A stretch of 64,000 nucleotides of DNA from Phoronis australis. Taxonomy: Eukaryota > Animalia > Phoronida. The notes beneath the pieces are model-generated. The model had not been told where the DNA came from. It worked only from the letters and a program-made list of their open reading frames with translations, and searched no databases. Below, one piece after another: positions 13,801 through 28,800 of the stretch (its first letter is position 1; each line of letters opens with the position of its first letter). The position numbers were made by a program, and so were the translations under genes. The stretch covers positions 186,001 to 250,000 of the forward strand of contig NMRA01000085.1 in assembly GCA_002633005.1 (NCBI GenBank). Reading direction: 5' to 3'.

Positions 13801-16800
13801 CCAACTATACAGATTCTGATGTACAAAAATGTGACATGACATAAATTTGTTCGACGACACGTTTACAGACGCGTGTGTGCACACGAGCTTTACGTTACGG
13901 ACGAGGTCTAACCTGCTTCAGAGTCGCTGGAGTCTGACGTGTCCGACGAGCTGCTATCGCTGCTACTGTCGCTGTCTGACGAACTTGAACTGCTTGCACT
14001 GAGCCGGCGACCAGCGCTGTTGTTATTGCTGCCCCCTTCTGACTTGCTGGAGTCTTCTACAAAAAGGCATGTATAGCTGTATTAAGAAAACCGTTTGGAT
14101 AACAGTTCCTAGTCAATTACATCTCCAGCAAAATCAAAACGCCTCTCTACAGTAGCGTACCAACACACACTGCATATGAGACAGGTCACTTCATACACAA
14201 TAGCCACTTTCCACAAAGGTGGCTACTTGAGTTCAGAAGAGTTTAGAGACATGCACAACTCCTCTGTGACGTGAATAGAAATTTACAACAGTTGGATTTC
14301 ACACAAATCTAATAATACAAAGCAGAGGCAGCTTCTGTGCCGTCGTAACACTAACCAGTTGCAAACGCGATATTTTCTACTACACCTACACAAATCGATG
14401 AACGTGCGACCGCAACAAAATCACATTCAGACCATCCGCACTGCATAGCACATTTGTATCAGAGAACAGACTGCTCAATTCACATTCAGCCTTAGTAACA
14501 TCTTTGATGGCTGATGCAGAACACCACTATCTAACCAACCATTATGCTGCATTGAAAGCACTCCAAAATAACTCCGTGGTGGCAAATTAGGCAAGTCAAC
14601 CCACAACAGATAGACAAGGTATTGGAGTTTACCAAGAGGACAACTTTTTATTGAGAATGTGAAACCTAAAAAGGGTTCATACCTTTCTTATTGGGCGTCT
14701 TCTTGGCCTGTCCCCCACTCAGCTGACCCTGTACGTTCTGTAACCTCCTCTCCAACTCCTTCTGTTTTTCCTGTTGTTGTTCTTCCTTTGACTTGCCTGC
14801 CACCTTTTTAGCTGTCAACAACAAAGTCCGACAATGCCACACTCAATTCTCAAAACAGATCAGTCGTACTTGCTAAATCCTGGGAATTAAGCCAAGACGC
14901 ACAAGATAAGTTCCCAAAAACTGTCACGGTTCAATTAATGGTGTGGCAATTCCTCCACTTGCTTCGCACAAAAATAATCACCAAAACTGTCATTTTTATA
15001 GTTTTCAAAGATGATTACTTTGCAATATGTAATTAAAACTTTACTAAGTGTTGTTCTGAGGCACGTTAACAGAACAAACCATGCTAGTTGGAGACAAACA
15101 TTTTCTTAATTATCTTTAGTTTTGCTAAATGTTTTGACAAATTAGAACTTCATTTGTTGGCCATATCATGCGCTAATAAGTGAAGAGTTAGCGGAGTGGA
15201 GACATCGCAGATGCCAAAGTGTCAAGACCACAAATGATCAATTCAAAGCCACTTTAATCCCACCATACATCAATAGAAAGCCATTAGCTTTAGAACACTG
15301 TGCCCGGTTGCATGAAACAGTCCCAAATATGGACTACATTAAGTTCCCTAAATCTAATGTGCATTTGTGGACTTGTGAAAACATCGATTGTCCTTTCTAA
15401 TGCTGTTCAAGTCTCATTAACACATTAATTTTTGGCTCAATACAAATCAAGAGTGAACTGTACGTTGTAATTCTCGATATTATTGAAAATAAAAAGGGAT
15501 CTTTTTTGTAACGCCCTCAATTTAAGGACTAAATTCCAAATTATTTTTTTACTAAATTAAGGGCCCCACTTTTAGCTACAATAGAAAATGTCATCAAACA
15601 GAGGAACTCATCAATGAAAATAAAATGATAGGAAAATGTAAAGAATGAAACAAATACATAAAAGATTTAAGGAACTTAGTAGAGACCCTATTTGGACCGT
15701 TTCATGCAACGGGCACTGTTCCCCAATTGTTACTTACTAAAATCTGAGGTCATATCTGGGCTCAGAAGGAACGGACCCACTATTACTGGAAACGAGGCTC
15801 AACATGTTGGTTTAGTCTCAGCGTGTCATTTTATGTGCCGAGCATGGCCTCCAGCAATAACCAACATTGAATTCATCCCTAGACCAGACACACAACCCAA
15901 TCTGAGTAAGGAACACGTGGCTTTATAGCAGTGAGTGGTCTAAATCCCAACCTAAGTCTAACAGAGCTCTACAGCAGCTTTGTATATTCACTAGATTCAA
16001 TTTACTCAGTTATTTTACAAAACCAATAACAGATACCATTGGAGCATCAACAGTGTACTTTAATCAATTCTGTTATTTTTTCTGATCTTCCTAAAAAAGA
16101 ACAGTACGACTACGCACCTAATGGTGCTTCTTACTTGCACACAGTAGAGTAGTTACACTCTTGAACCAGTAGACTTAAAAAAACCAGAGGTACAGAATGT
16201 ATACGGGTAAAATCTGTACAAACATTAACACACGCCATATTCTTCTCGACAGGAACACATCTGCCAAAGTTCACAAGATGTGGCGCATAACAGACAAAAA
16301 AATCCAACAGCAACATACACACATCACTGTATCTGTAGACGAGTATTGTGATCAATTACAAAGGAGATCAACTCACTGTATGGTTTTCGAGGTTTCTTTT
16401 TTAGGCACGACTGCACGTACGTCTCCAGCTGTCGTAACGTCGACGGCCGGAGTGTCTCGAAGTCAATCTCAATCTCATCAGGATTAGAGTCTCTCAAAGA
16501 TGGCTCACGTGCTTGTATAATGTGGACTACCCGTCCCAGTTTTTCACCTGCAGAGTACAGGAGGCATATGCACATTACACTGTACTTGATACAGTTGCTT
16601 TCCAGATAGCATTTATTTGTCATCAAGTTACTGCCTTCTAAGCATGTGATTGGCAGAAGAGGGCAAATTACTAGCGAGTTGTGTTAAGAAGTCATTTCTA
16701 TGAGACGGCTCTTTCGTTTTCAAATCCATACAACGTAAACTTTCAATGATGGGTCATAAGAGATAAATTGCCCAGATTTTTATCCACAGTAATAATGAGT

Positions 16801-19800
16801 GTATCCCAAAATTAATATTTCCACAAAACTAAGGTGACTAAGAAGTTTAGCCAACACTGGGCTCATCAAAAGTACCATATCTAAACAGGTATCCCAGGCC
16901 AAACTGAACTCAATTGATATCTAAGCAGCATTGTCCACAACAGAGAATTCAAAAGGAATTACAAAATTCCGGTAGACTGTAAAATCCCTGCACATACTGC
17001 AGGGCTTTGTATGTTAAGTCTTACAATAACTGCATCCAATGGAGCCAAAAATTCAGTGTCTTAACCAAGGAATAACTAATCTCCAAATAGTTATTTCGCT
17101 GCACGTTTTCAAACTTGTCAAGGTGAAATGTAACTCCACAACCAAGTTCCAAAGGACACCATACAAGTAACTTAGTTTCCACTTCTCTCAAAGTACCAGA
17201 CCCGGATTTTCGGTTTTCAAAAAAAAAAAAAAAGAAAACAGCGGTTTTCCCATTATGACTAATGCCAAGTCTAGCTTTGACTTTTCAACACCGGTTTCAA
17301 TGGAAACGAACCGTTCCAACTGCTGGAATCCATTAGGAATTTTCAACACTGCCACGTTCCACCAAAAGAAACAGGAAACAACAATGTAACATTCATAATG
17401 GATGTGCACCTATCTGAACCCATGTGTTGCTCACAAAGAATTGTTTTATTGATTTTCGTGGAACACGTTTCCAAAACTTTCACTAATAATGCAAAAATCA
17501 CCATACCGGTATATAAAAATATATATATACACGTGAATTTCAACAGAAATTCATTTCAACAAAAGCTGCTCGTTGTACATTGACATGGCAGAATATCAAG
17601 ATCTTCACGGTAGGACTGGACATCGCCTGACATTTAGTTTCAGCTTGCAAATGAATCAAAAGTGCAAGACTGACCCCAAAAGCAAGCATGGAATGGAAAC
17701 AGGTTTTAGAACACCCGAGTTCATTTGTAACGCCCATGTAAAGCCACTCGATCAGACTGCAATGCGTAAATACACAGATCTCAGCTGTTATATATAACAA
17801 CGTATTCAGTTTTGTGGCTACAATACGAACATTTTACCAGGAACCCGTCATATAACCATAGGTATAACTGGGCCCTGCAGTTGCCTCATCACAACCCTGG
17901 CAGCAGAAGAAAATCCACACACTTAAAGAGCACGCATGCACCCGTGCTGTGCCATAATGCTCAAGGTAATCCAGCCACCATTACCTGGCAGTTTATTTAT
18001 TTCCAAACTCAGTTGTCGCTTCTCATCGTAAGTCATAGGCTTGGCATTGTCCTCCTCCTCAGAGTCAAAGCCAGCCACCTCTGGTGGCGGAGGTTTCTTT
18101 TTACTCGATGCCGACCGTTTACTAGCAGTCTTTTTGCCCGTTGCGGGCGTTTTCGCCGCTGCTTTAGCACTCGATTTTTTGTTACCCGCTGTTGCCGTTG
18201 CAGTGTTGGCAGCAGAGGCGGGTGTTTTAGCAGTCTTTGTTTCAGATGGCGCTGGTGTCACCGGGGCAGCTGGTGGCTGCACTGGTGGGGCAGGCTCTGA
18301 TTTTTTGTCCTTCGATTTGTCTTTCTTTTTTTCTTTTTTCCTCTTTTCTTTCTTCTCTCGCTTCGCCCTTTGTTTAGTAATATGTTCCTCTGTCAGCTGC
18401 CCAAGCTGGGCTTGCACCTTCAGAAGCTGCAAATAAGAGATACAAAATGACTTCTTGTGGTCACAAATTTTGAGTGCACATCTTCCAACAACAGGGACAT
18501 CCCGAGGTAGAGAACATTGCAGCATTTAACATTGGATGTACAACCTACATTTGGTGCTGGTCAGATATGGCTGGTCAGATCACGGCCACAATTACACTTG
18601 ATGCCCTTGACCTCAGTGAAAACAGAGCTCAGGACAGAAGGGCAACATGGCTCACATGACACGCAAACAGGGTTATCATCATACCAATGAATGTGTGAAA
18701 TTTTACAGCAGGTTTCAGGATAATGATCAATGCTATTCTGAAAGCAAACATTGGGGCACCACAAGTACTACTGGACCAATGCATTCTAACTTAACTCATG
18801 TAACAAAATGACTGCAGATTACACCACCCAAACCAGACTAGCACTCCTAAACACACTTTCCACTAGGCCTACATCTAGTGGGCATTCAAATGGACACCCC
18901 CCCCCCAACTCAAAATTTAGACCCAAGAATTTGGATGTTATTGCAGACCCATGTATCTGGAGTAACATATCACGCCATAACGCATCATTGGTCATGAATG
19001 CCCAGCGAAATTTGCAAACCCACTTTTGGTGCCCCATTTTCTAAATCCTGTATGTATCCCAGCGTCTATGTTAGGTGTCATCACTCACCTGGTCCTGCAG
19101 TTCCCGTAATTTCTGCTCCCTTTCATCTTCACTATCTGCCTCCTCTTCACTAGAACTACTAGCAGACTTCTCACTGTCTGATCCAGCCTTCCCACTCTCC
19201 TCTGTCTCTACATGGATGGGCTCGTCAGGCATACGGGCGTAACGCATTTCAAACACATCCTGGAGATGACAATGATAGGATTATAAACATTTTCAGAAGC
19301 AACAGGGGCTGACGACTCTTATCGCCACCTGGCAGTGCCACAAGCTACTTCCTCGTGACAGGTGGCACAAGGGAACATACTCGACTTCCTGACTATGATT
19401 AGACGTAATCCAGCCCCACGTGATCAATTTGCCACGTGCCTACTTGAACGTTTCCCATTCTAGATATGCAACTTGACCATGCGATTCAAATAACGAAGCT
19501 AAGTTCAGTTATCACGGTCTCAGTCCACCTGACTTTCACTCGGCTGATACGTTGGCAATGGTCACTTACTTACAAATGATCTGGATTATGAGAACCAGAT
19601 TGACGCCAATTATGCAGTTGAGAAAACTGGTTCTCAAAATGCAGAATTTCACTATGTGACTGTGGCCAATATTCCATTGAAGTATGGAGCCAGTGTAAAA
19701 CACTGGTTATGAACTGCCGACTATTAAAACAGCTCTGCATTCACTAGACTTTCCAACAGCTTTCGCTGCACGTGGCAGCAGTGGGTGGTTCCACTCACCT

Positions 19801-22800
19801 GTAACTTTTTGGCCATATTAACAACGTCTGTGTTAGGCGGGTTGTAGCGGTAGCAGTTTGTGAAAATGAGACGCATGTCCTCGGCAAACTCAGACGCCGA
19901 CTCGTAATCGCGTCCGTCAAGCTTGGTCTTGACTGTTCCGAGGTCCATGGGTTTCTTGATGATGTCGTAGTAGTCGTGCAAACCAAGTGCTTCCGAGTCG
20001 ACAGGCTTGTAAAATGGCCAGGCATAGGACTGTGGCAAGAGGAAATGAAGAATTGTGACTTGGCAGGAACTAAAGTATAAGATACATCGACCACCAAGAG
20101 AGGGCGACACATGGTGTCATTGATTCTACTGCACCAGAATGCTAACAACAGCAGTAGGTAACAACTGGCACTTCTTTTGATAAACTGGGACATATGTTAG
20201 GCTCCGGTCTGGAAATGGACACACGTCAGTAAACCAGTCAACACTGCTTTGACAGAAACCTTGAACAATGAGCAAGGCAAGAGAACGCCAGTAAGGATCT
20301 TAAGTTTGAAGACAAGGCATTCTCTAATAACTGACAGGGCAGCATTTTTGAAATGTTACCGTGACCTTGACTCTTCACTTGCTGGTGAGGTTAACCCAAA
20401 ATTCAAGTCAGGATCAATCTGCACACCAAGTAGCCATGGGCTTTCTCGATTTCCAGTTTGAAGACTGAGGATTTCAGTCCAGGCACTCTCTAATTAATAA
20501 CTGACAAGCCCAGTAATCATCCAACCTACGTAAAATAATATATCCTCAAAAACTAATCCGAAAGGGACAATGTCGTAAACTATATGCATTTAGAGTGACT
20601 TAACTCCTGAAAAAAATCAACCTACGGCATGTTTTTTGGACAACACGTCCTTGAGTATCTGGGCACAGTACTTGAGCTGTTCGGACAACTTGCCCTTTTT
20701 GTGCTTGGTGCTGTGCTGTGGGTGGTCTTCTGGCAGATCCTTCTTTGGCTTCTTGATCTGCCGGTTACTCTCGCGCCGACCCATCGCCGAGATCTTACCC
20801 GGCGCACCTGGCACCTTGGGAAAAGCGGGCTCGTATGGTGGATCGTAGGTAGCGTTGGCTGGCACCGTGCTTGAGCCCATGATTACAGGTGTTGTAGTGT
20901 CCGCTTTCCTCTTTATGCCCTTTTTAGTCTGTGTAAAACGCAATTGTGAAACTTGGCAATTGATGCTCAAACCAGATTTGGATCGTTTGCACAATTGTGA
21001 AAGCAAGCATAATCAATGCTAACATTTTAAGTTAACTTTTCAACAGTTCAATATAGAACTTACCACACAAACACTTCCTGAATCCTTGTTGATTAAGTAC
21101 TAAATCTAAATCCCATCACGCCTTTAAACGACAATTACATATGAAAAACATCAGAATTCAAAACCTAATAGAAGTAAAATTATGCTTTTTTCACTCTATT
21201 ACGAGACCAGTTTAAATTATACTGCAAACTTGACTCCATTCACATAATAATGCAGAGTCATCAGACAAGAAGTTCTGACCTTTGTTGGTTGTTGAGGGGG
21301 TACCACTGCAGGTTTCATCTCGTGGTTCACGTGGTTCGTCTCCATTGAAGCAACTGGCGTTGTTGGGGCAACACTGGCCACAGCTGGCGGAGGCGGTGAC
21401 GGCACAGTGGGCGGCAGGCTGGGGGCCGTGGTTAGTGCCGCAGGGGGTGTTGACACAGGTAGCGGACTCGGTTGGCTGGGCGGGTCAGTGGGTGCGGCAG
21501 CCGCAGCCGCACTGGCTGCAGCTGCCTGTTGTCTGGCGCGATGGAGGTGAGCACCACGCCCTTTCTTGTGCGCCATGGGCTGGGTGATCTCGAACTCTTG
21601 CTGTGGCATCGAGGTCATCTTCTGTAGAAATACCTTTTCCAGAGTCTGTGCCATCAGGACAATGTCCTGTAATGCAGAATACAACATCCACTGAGACAAC
21701 TATTGCTTTACACATTCGACAAAGTTGCGCTTTCAAAGTTCCGTGAAATCTGAATGAAGTGAAAATCATGACGTTTGTTTTTCAATGAAGTATCACTGGA
21801 ACAGCACCCCAACATGTACAAGAATGCAAGGTTATGATGCTCAGACTAATTTTGATTGCCATCAACAAGAACATTGCTTTTTTTTTTGTTTGTTTTTTTT
21901 TTGTGGTCAAAATCGAGCTTCTAGCACATTGACTGCAGAAAACCTCCAGCAAAACAACTTCCAGGTATAGCACCAAATTTGAANTGGTTGTTGAGGGGGT
22001 ACCACTGCAGGTTTCATCTCGTGGTTCACGTGGTTCGTCTCCATTGAAGCAACTGGCGTTGTTGGGGCAACACTGGCCACAGCTGGCGGAGGCGGTGACG
22101 GCACAGTGGGCGGCAGGCTGGGGGCCGTGGTTAGTGCCGCAGGGGGTGTTGACACAGGTAGCGGACTCGGTTGGCTGGGCGGGTCAGTGGGTGCGGCAGC
22201 CGCAGCCGCACTGGCTGCAGCTGCCTGTTGTCTGGCGCGATGGAGGTGAGCACCACGCCCCTTCTTGTGCGCCATGGGCTGGGTGATCTCGAACTCTTGC
22301 TGTGGCATCGAGGTCATCTTCTGTAGAAATACCTTTTCCAGAGTCTGTGCCATCAGGACAATGTCCTGTAATGCAGAATAAAACATCCACTGTGACAACT
22401 ATTGCTTTACACATTCGACAAAGTTGCGCTTTCAAAGTTCCGTGAAATCTGAATGAAGTGAAAATCATGACATTTGTTTTTCAATGAAGTAACACTGGAA
22501 CAGCACCCCAACATGTACAAGAATGCAAGGTTATGAAGCTCAGACTAATTTTGATTGTCATCAACAAGGACATTGCTTTGTTTTTTTTGTGGTCAAAATC
22601 GAGCTTCTAGCACATTCACTGCAGAAAACCTCCAGCAAAACAACTTCCAGGTATAGCACCAAATTTGAAGAGTGAAAGAATTTTGAACTGTCATCACTAA
22701 TCCTTCACTGAACCTATGACAAAAAAAACCTCAACATCACACAGTGAATTTTGTCATTCTTTGAAGCAAAATCGTGTTCATTCGAAGCGTATTCACAAAT

Positions 22801-25800
22801 TTTCCACTCAAGCTTCCTAGTGGAGTCTCCACACACTCCGTCTTTCCACAGCTCTAGATGGCTGCACTGACAACTGTGGTGTCACCACCAGAGAGGCTAG
22901 TCACCTTCCTGGGTGTTCTTGAGACTCTACGCAGTTCACAAATGCATTCCAACTCCACATACCTCTCCTGGTTTGTTGTAAACGTAACAGTTTGTGAACA
23001 TAGTGTTGAAGTCCTGCAGGCATTCCTTTGCACTATTGTAGTAATTTGTCTCCAGGCGTTTCTTGATGGTACCAAGATCCATGGGGTGCTTGATGATCTT
23101 GTGGTAGTCCTGTAAGATGGAAAAGGAAAACTTGAGCAACAAACATAGCACACACGCAAGCATCTCAACTCAGAATTAAGCCATCAGCTTTTCGTATACA
23201 GTCGAGTCTTGTCACAGTATCCAACAAAGGACCTTTGAAACTGTGCGATAACAATAGTTTGGAGTAATGACAGTAGACTTACACACATCATGTATTTAAA
23301 ACTGCGACTTGGAAGTTTGTACGTTATACCCCTTAAAATTCTGACCATGTTATGTGGTAACCAGGTTTGACTGAAGCCCTTCGTATTTGATCCAAACATC
23401 ATAACTCGATACTGTTACACTGAACCGCCAAATAGCAATGCTGAACTCAAAATGGCCATGTACACATACTGAAACTAACTTAGCCACTACATTTAGTGAA
23501 ACATTCACCAAGATCCTTGCTTTAAGCTTCTTTTCAGACTCACCGGCAGGTTGAGTTTGGTTGCATCTACAGGCTGGTGGAAAGGCCAAGCAAACTGGTG
23601 CTTCCACACCGCCTTCATAATAGTCTTGAGCAGGTACTGAAGCTGGTTAGTAAGTCGACCCTTGCGGCCACTAGTTGGTGCCACATTGACTGGCACTGAG
23701 GATTCTTCTTCTTCTTCAGCCTCAGACTTCTGGAGAGCGAAAACAACAATATGTAAGTGGTGAATACCAACGTGGAAAGGTGGAGATTTAAGGTCTGTAT
23801 GCATGCACCTAGTGCCTGGAACCAAGAAACCGAATAGGCACCATGTAGATTGGTTTCAGATGGAAGCAAATGGCGTAGTTATTTACCATGTTGTTCCTGG
23901 TTCCAGCAACAAGACATTTGTACAGTATCACAAAACAGATGCAACATAAGCAAACAAAGGGTAATCACAACGCTTGATCTCTCGACCAGATTTGTATCCA
24001 GGCTACCAGCAAAGATGGATGGTACGAAGATTTTTAGACTAGCAGTTTGGACTGCACCGATAATTAATGACTGGCACGGAATGAGATCTGGTGATTTCCC
24101 AATAGCTTATGACAATAAAGAAAGCTGAACACAAGGGGAAAGCAAACCTTTGAGGATAAAACTGTGCATTGCCCGAGTTGCTCCTTCAACTTTCTTTCAA
24201 CACCTTTGAATTGACATGTGGAAAAAATCCCAAAGCATACTGGTGTACTCGAATTCAAGACCAGAGTCCCGTCGCCATAAGCAAATTTTTCCCACAATAT
24301 CGTGAAAGAATGCTGTACTATTACAAAAGCCGACACGAAGATGTTTGCTCCCCCCGTACTGCCTGTAGGGATTACTTTAAGAGTCCGTACAAGCTAGTCC
24401 TTGAATTGCCATGCTCAGGCAGATCTACGGCACTTCCTGGTCTAGTGCATGCATATATCACACGTGAATCACATCAGAGTTAGAGCAGACAGAGAGACGA
24501 GCAAAGACAAGACAAGACAACATTAACTGTGATGTACTTTAGTCACAGTGCCATGCGGTTAATGGGGACTCTTCATAAACATTACTGACAGTTAATGCAC
24601 AACAATACCCGCTGGAAAACCCCGCAAAAATGCCAAACTCCTGTACAGAGCTGTCCCAAGAGGCAAAAGGCGTAAACACACCCAATGTGCAGAAACACGC
24701 ACACGAGGTCGAAATGGTGACAAATTCAAAGCAACTCATAAAGCTCAAGTTGTTTGTTTTTCTGCCAACCTTTTCGCCCAGGTCGCCATTGACCTCGATC
24801 TGGGGCTGTATGGGGTCAGAGATCACATCTGACTGTTGCGTATCGTTTTCATGCGAGTGATTAGTTGGAGTTTCGTCATTTACCATAGTTTGTGCTCCTG
24901 TTGTGTCGCTTCCGGCATCTTCTTGTCTGAAAAATGAACAGAAAATGCGTTCAATTCAAAAAGCAAACGTGGCCATCTGTTACCCACGGTGATAAACAAG
25001 ATTAAGTTTTGTTCTTTTCACGACAGTTTTCTATGTGTAACAAGTACTTGTTAATCAATATACGCTAAACCCTCTTCACTCAAGAACAAAAGATGGCTGA
25101 CTATGAATTTTATTTTGCCAAATTTCCCAATTAACGGTGAGAATAATTCCACTCAACAATAGCACACTTAGTACTTCACAAAACAACATGAGCATTTTAT
25201 TAACAATACAACGAGTCTGATGGAGAGTTGCTATTCTAGCATTGTATTTAGGCAAAATTGGATACAGTCAATTGTGCTTATGTATCTCTACTTGCCAATG
25301 CAAAGTTACTATTTATCCAAGCTAGACAACGCAGACATTCAAAGCACCAAATGCACGAAAACTGTTCATGAAGCCAAGTTTCTTGTCACTGGTTACCTTT
25401 GTTACACTGTACAGTTAAATTAATTTACAATTTCAGAGGGTATTTTTATACAACTCGTAAAATGAAGCTATTAAATAACAGTAATACGATTTCTTTGCCC
25501 TTTGCCTTAACATTTTTAAAAACCTACAAGGAAATACCACACATTGCAATTTCGAAGTTTGACATGGGGTTAAAAAAGATCAGCTCAACACCAATTTGGA
25601 TACAGGACATCAAGAAGTATGCTATGTCATGCCTAGTTTCTCCATCACCAGCCTCATGGATTCTCCACATGGAATTGAAAATGGAATCCCTTGAATGGTT
25701 TACACCACTGAATTCCAGATCTAAGTTGACTCTTCTCTTAGTAATTTACTCTTTTATATTATGGACATCACGTGCTCTCAGAAAAAGGGGAATTTTCACA

Positions 25801-28800
25801 TTTTCTTAATCCATGATACAGCTGCAGCCCCCTCAGTGATCCCACTTCTTAGTCTTCCAACATTTATCCGACTTGTTCTACCCCCAATTCACTACAGTTC
25901 AAGTTCATTTATCACTTCCACTCCTGAACTCTTGGTCACTAACTTCACGCAACTCTTGTTTGAAAGTCGAGATTGTGACAGTACCTTATCAATGTTACAG
26001 TTCAAGTCAGTTTTCTTGGAACGAGTCCCAGGCTCAGGGCTTGTTGAAAAATATGGTAAGGGTATGTGATGCGCTCATGAGACGTGTTGGCTTCCACCTT
26101 TGGTCAGCAAACTCGAGAATTCTATTCGAGACTATCAAGGCAAACTTGCCTACTCTGGTGCTGCATTACAGGCTTTTTCTGGTGCGTACCATATTTAAAC
26201 AGAAGGGTCGTGTTCACCAACTTACTCTCCTTTGATAGTTTAAGGAACTTTGTGAAGCCGACTATGAAGTCTTAACACAAAGTTCCGCAGTATTTTGGTT
26301 TTAGTTCGAGTAGTTGGCCCATCATATTAAATGGGATTTTACCCTTTTCGGATACAATCCCTCACTCTGATTGGATACGACGAACAAGTTTTACCGTAGA
26401 TGACTGTAATACTCTTGATAACCCAATGAATTCTTGTTCATACCATATAACTATTATTTTGACATTTTAAGAAGCGATAAGAGTGTAGTATACTGAGCTA
26501 TAGACTTTTTTAAGACATGTTTATCGATTAAGATTCACACAAAAGCATGTTGGTTGGTTGGTTGACGAATAACATATTTTGTTCGTCACAATGACCACTA
26601 CTGCACCTATGCCAGTGACTATTAAAACCCGTGGCATAGGCAAAAAAAAAACTCCCATGAATATAACACTGTGAACTGAAAGAATTGTCTAAGTAGCAAT
26701 TCCTCAACTTGAACAGAGTCATTCAACGCTCAAAATGATCTGGTTACCGAAAGGCTAAACAAGAGACACAATTTCACAAGTCTTCGAATTTCATGACTTT
26801 CAATTTCACCCACGTCTCCACAACACCATTCTAAACTGTAACAGCAATTTCAACTGAGGTGATAAAAACAGTCGTGTCATCGGTCATGATGCTTTGGGAA
26901 ACCTATTGTGGATGCCCTATTTTTGTAATCACGGATGAACAACCTGCCCCTTGCGTACAAACTAAAAAACAGAGTAACAAATTTGCAAGAAATTTCATTT
27001 TATGAAGTAATAAACAAACAAGGTGCAAGGATCAATTGTGACAATGCCAAAAAGGTACGCAACACAGCAAAATGAGGCAGTTTTGGCTTAAAATTTTACG
27101 GCATTTTAGCCCTTTCAACTGAAATTTTTCAGGCACTTGAGCGATTTTTACTAAAACTTTTGACCTTGTCATAGTTTGAAAACAAGATATTGATTTTCAC
27201 CATATTCAACACACAACCACCACTGCACTGACAGCACAAACACTGCTGACCTATGATGAGTCATTCACACGACCTTCACCATAAATCACCTCAACACAAC
27301 ATTGATAAGGAAGAAACTACATTTCCAGGAAGGAAAATGTAGCAAACACAATGTGATGTGTTAATTATCAACGCCGAGTTTTCAATCAAGAACAACCCTG
27401 ACAGCTGAAATCAAAGTTTTCCTATTTGAATTTTGTGCTTCAGTTCAATTAACAAAATGAAAGTCACGAAGATACCAGCAATGCGCATCCAAAACTAGAG
27501 GCATTGTATTCAAGGTTTGAAAGTAGACACTAACTTCAAAGCGAATTACATACTAATTGTTATTTGTCCAAATTTCTTTCAATTAGGTACCTACTCGCAA
27601 CATTCAAGTAAACTTGTGATTTTTATCAGGTCAGCAAACGAAATCTAGTTCAGACTGACTAGCAGGTGGTCCGCAAATGGGAGTCCTGTCAATGAAGTGC
27701 CCAGCCACAAAAATGATCACGCTTGTCATAGTGTAACATTTGAAGCAGCATCGAACACACCCTCCAACAAAAAAATCAACTTTGGTTTCCACTTGGGTCG
27801 CTGCCGAATTGGTCAACCGCTGCCGTTTTGGATGACAGAAATACTGCAACCATACTGGATTAATTCAACATGTGTGTGCAGCCCTTCAGTCAGTATCTCA
27901 TAACCAATTATTTATTTATCACTGTAATACATGGGATCCTGTAGTATTTGCTATATTTTGAGTTGCAATGCCAACACCAAGGAATTTACAAGAAGACGTT
28001 TAAGATGTGCTTCCCTTCTCTCATGCCATACATTTTGAACAGTAGCTCAGTCGTGCAATGTACTTTTGTATTTCTGGGAAGGAGCTGAATTCAATCGAAG
28101 GCCTATTGTCAGTGTTGACAATATGCATTAGAGTTCATTAACCGGATCTTCTTCACACATCTCAAAAATAAGATCAAGTTACTACATTAGTTAGTACATG
28201 GCATACAGCTGTGCTGCCGCCCGACAGGCAATGTGTTGCTGTGAGTAATAGGGGCTATACCCTGAGGCATTACGTACTAATTCAAACTTCACGTATTTTA
28301 ATTAAATGGCGGTTGCTGAATTTGGGCTCCGTAATAAATTCCCACTTCATTAAAGCAACAAGTTCTATACATGACCTTTCAATGAAGCATGTTTTCTGAA
28401 TTAAGATTTCACAAAGAATACCAATCCGAAACCTTATAAACTTCAGGACATGACCACTGGTAAACTCTATAACGGATGGACAACGTACTTAACGAGAGTA
28501 ATTACAATAGATAACTTAAAGTAACAATAAACATGTTATGGCCAAGAAGTGAACTGGTAAGTTTGACGACTTACCGCTATAGAATTGTTCCTATCAGATG
28601 AGGAGTCACTTTTGATTTGCAAAGAACTGGCAAGTTTGTTAGTCCTAATTCATGCTAAGTTTATAAAATGACACTGTGCCTGGCTAATTTGTAGGGCCTG
28701 CTTTCAAGCAATAACCAACTGCTAATTCTTTCATATTCCCGAAACCACCTCCAATTGATTTAGGATTTATTTTATGATTGGTCAGTAGTTTTGCGATGGA

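Noticed and set aside
18041-18436. Plus-strand hydrophobic ORFs here and at 20629-20874 and 21282-21587
   Set aside because: Antisense shadows of BET coding exons.
21985-22365. Apparent tandem duplication of BET exon 5 (possible mutually exclusive exons)
   Set aside because: The copy is truncated at N21984 before its donor, encodes the same protein (one synonymous difference seen) and includes near-identical intron sequence. This fits a haplotype overlap, like the other N-bounded duplications.
25399-26275. Overlapping 100-136 aa ORFs in BET intron 1
   Set aside because: No recognisable transposase, reverse transcriptase or other motif, and most use non-ATG starts.
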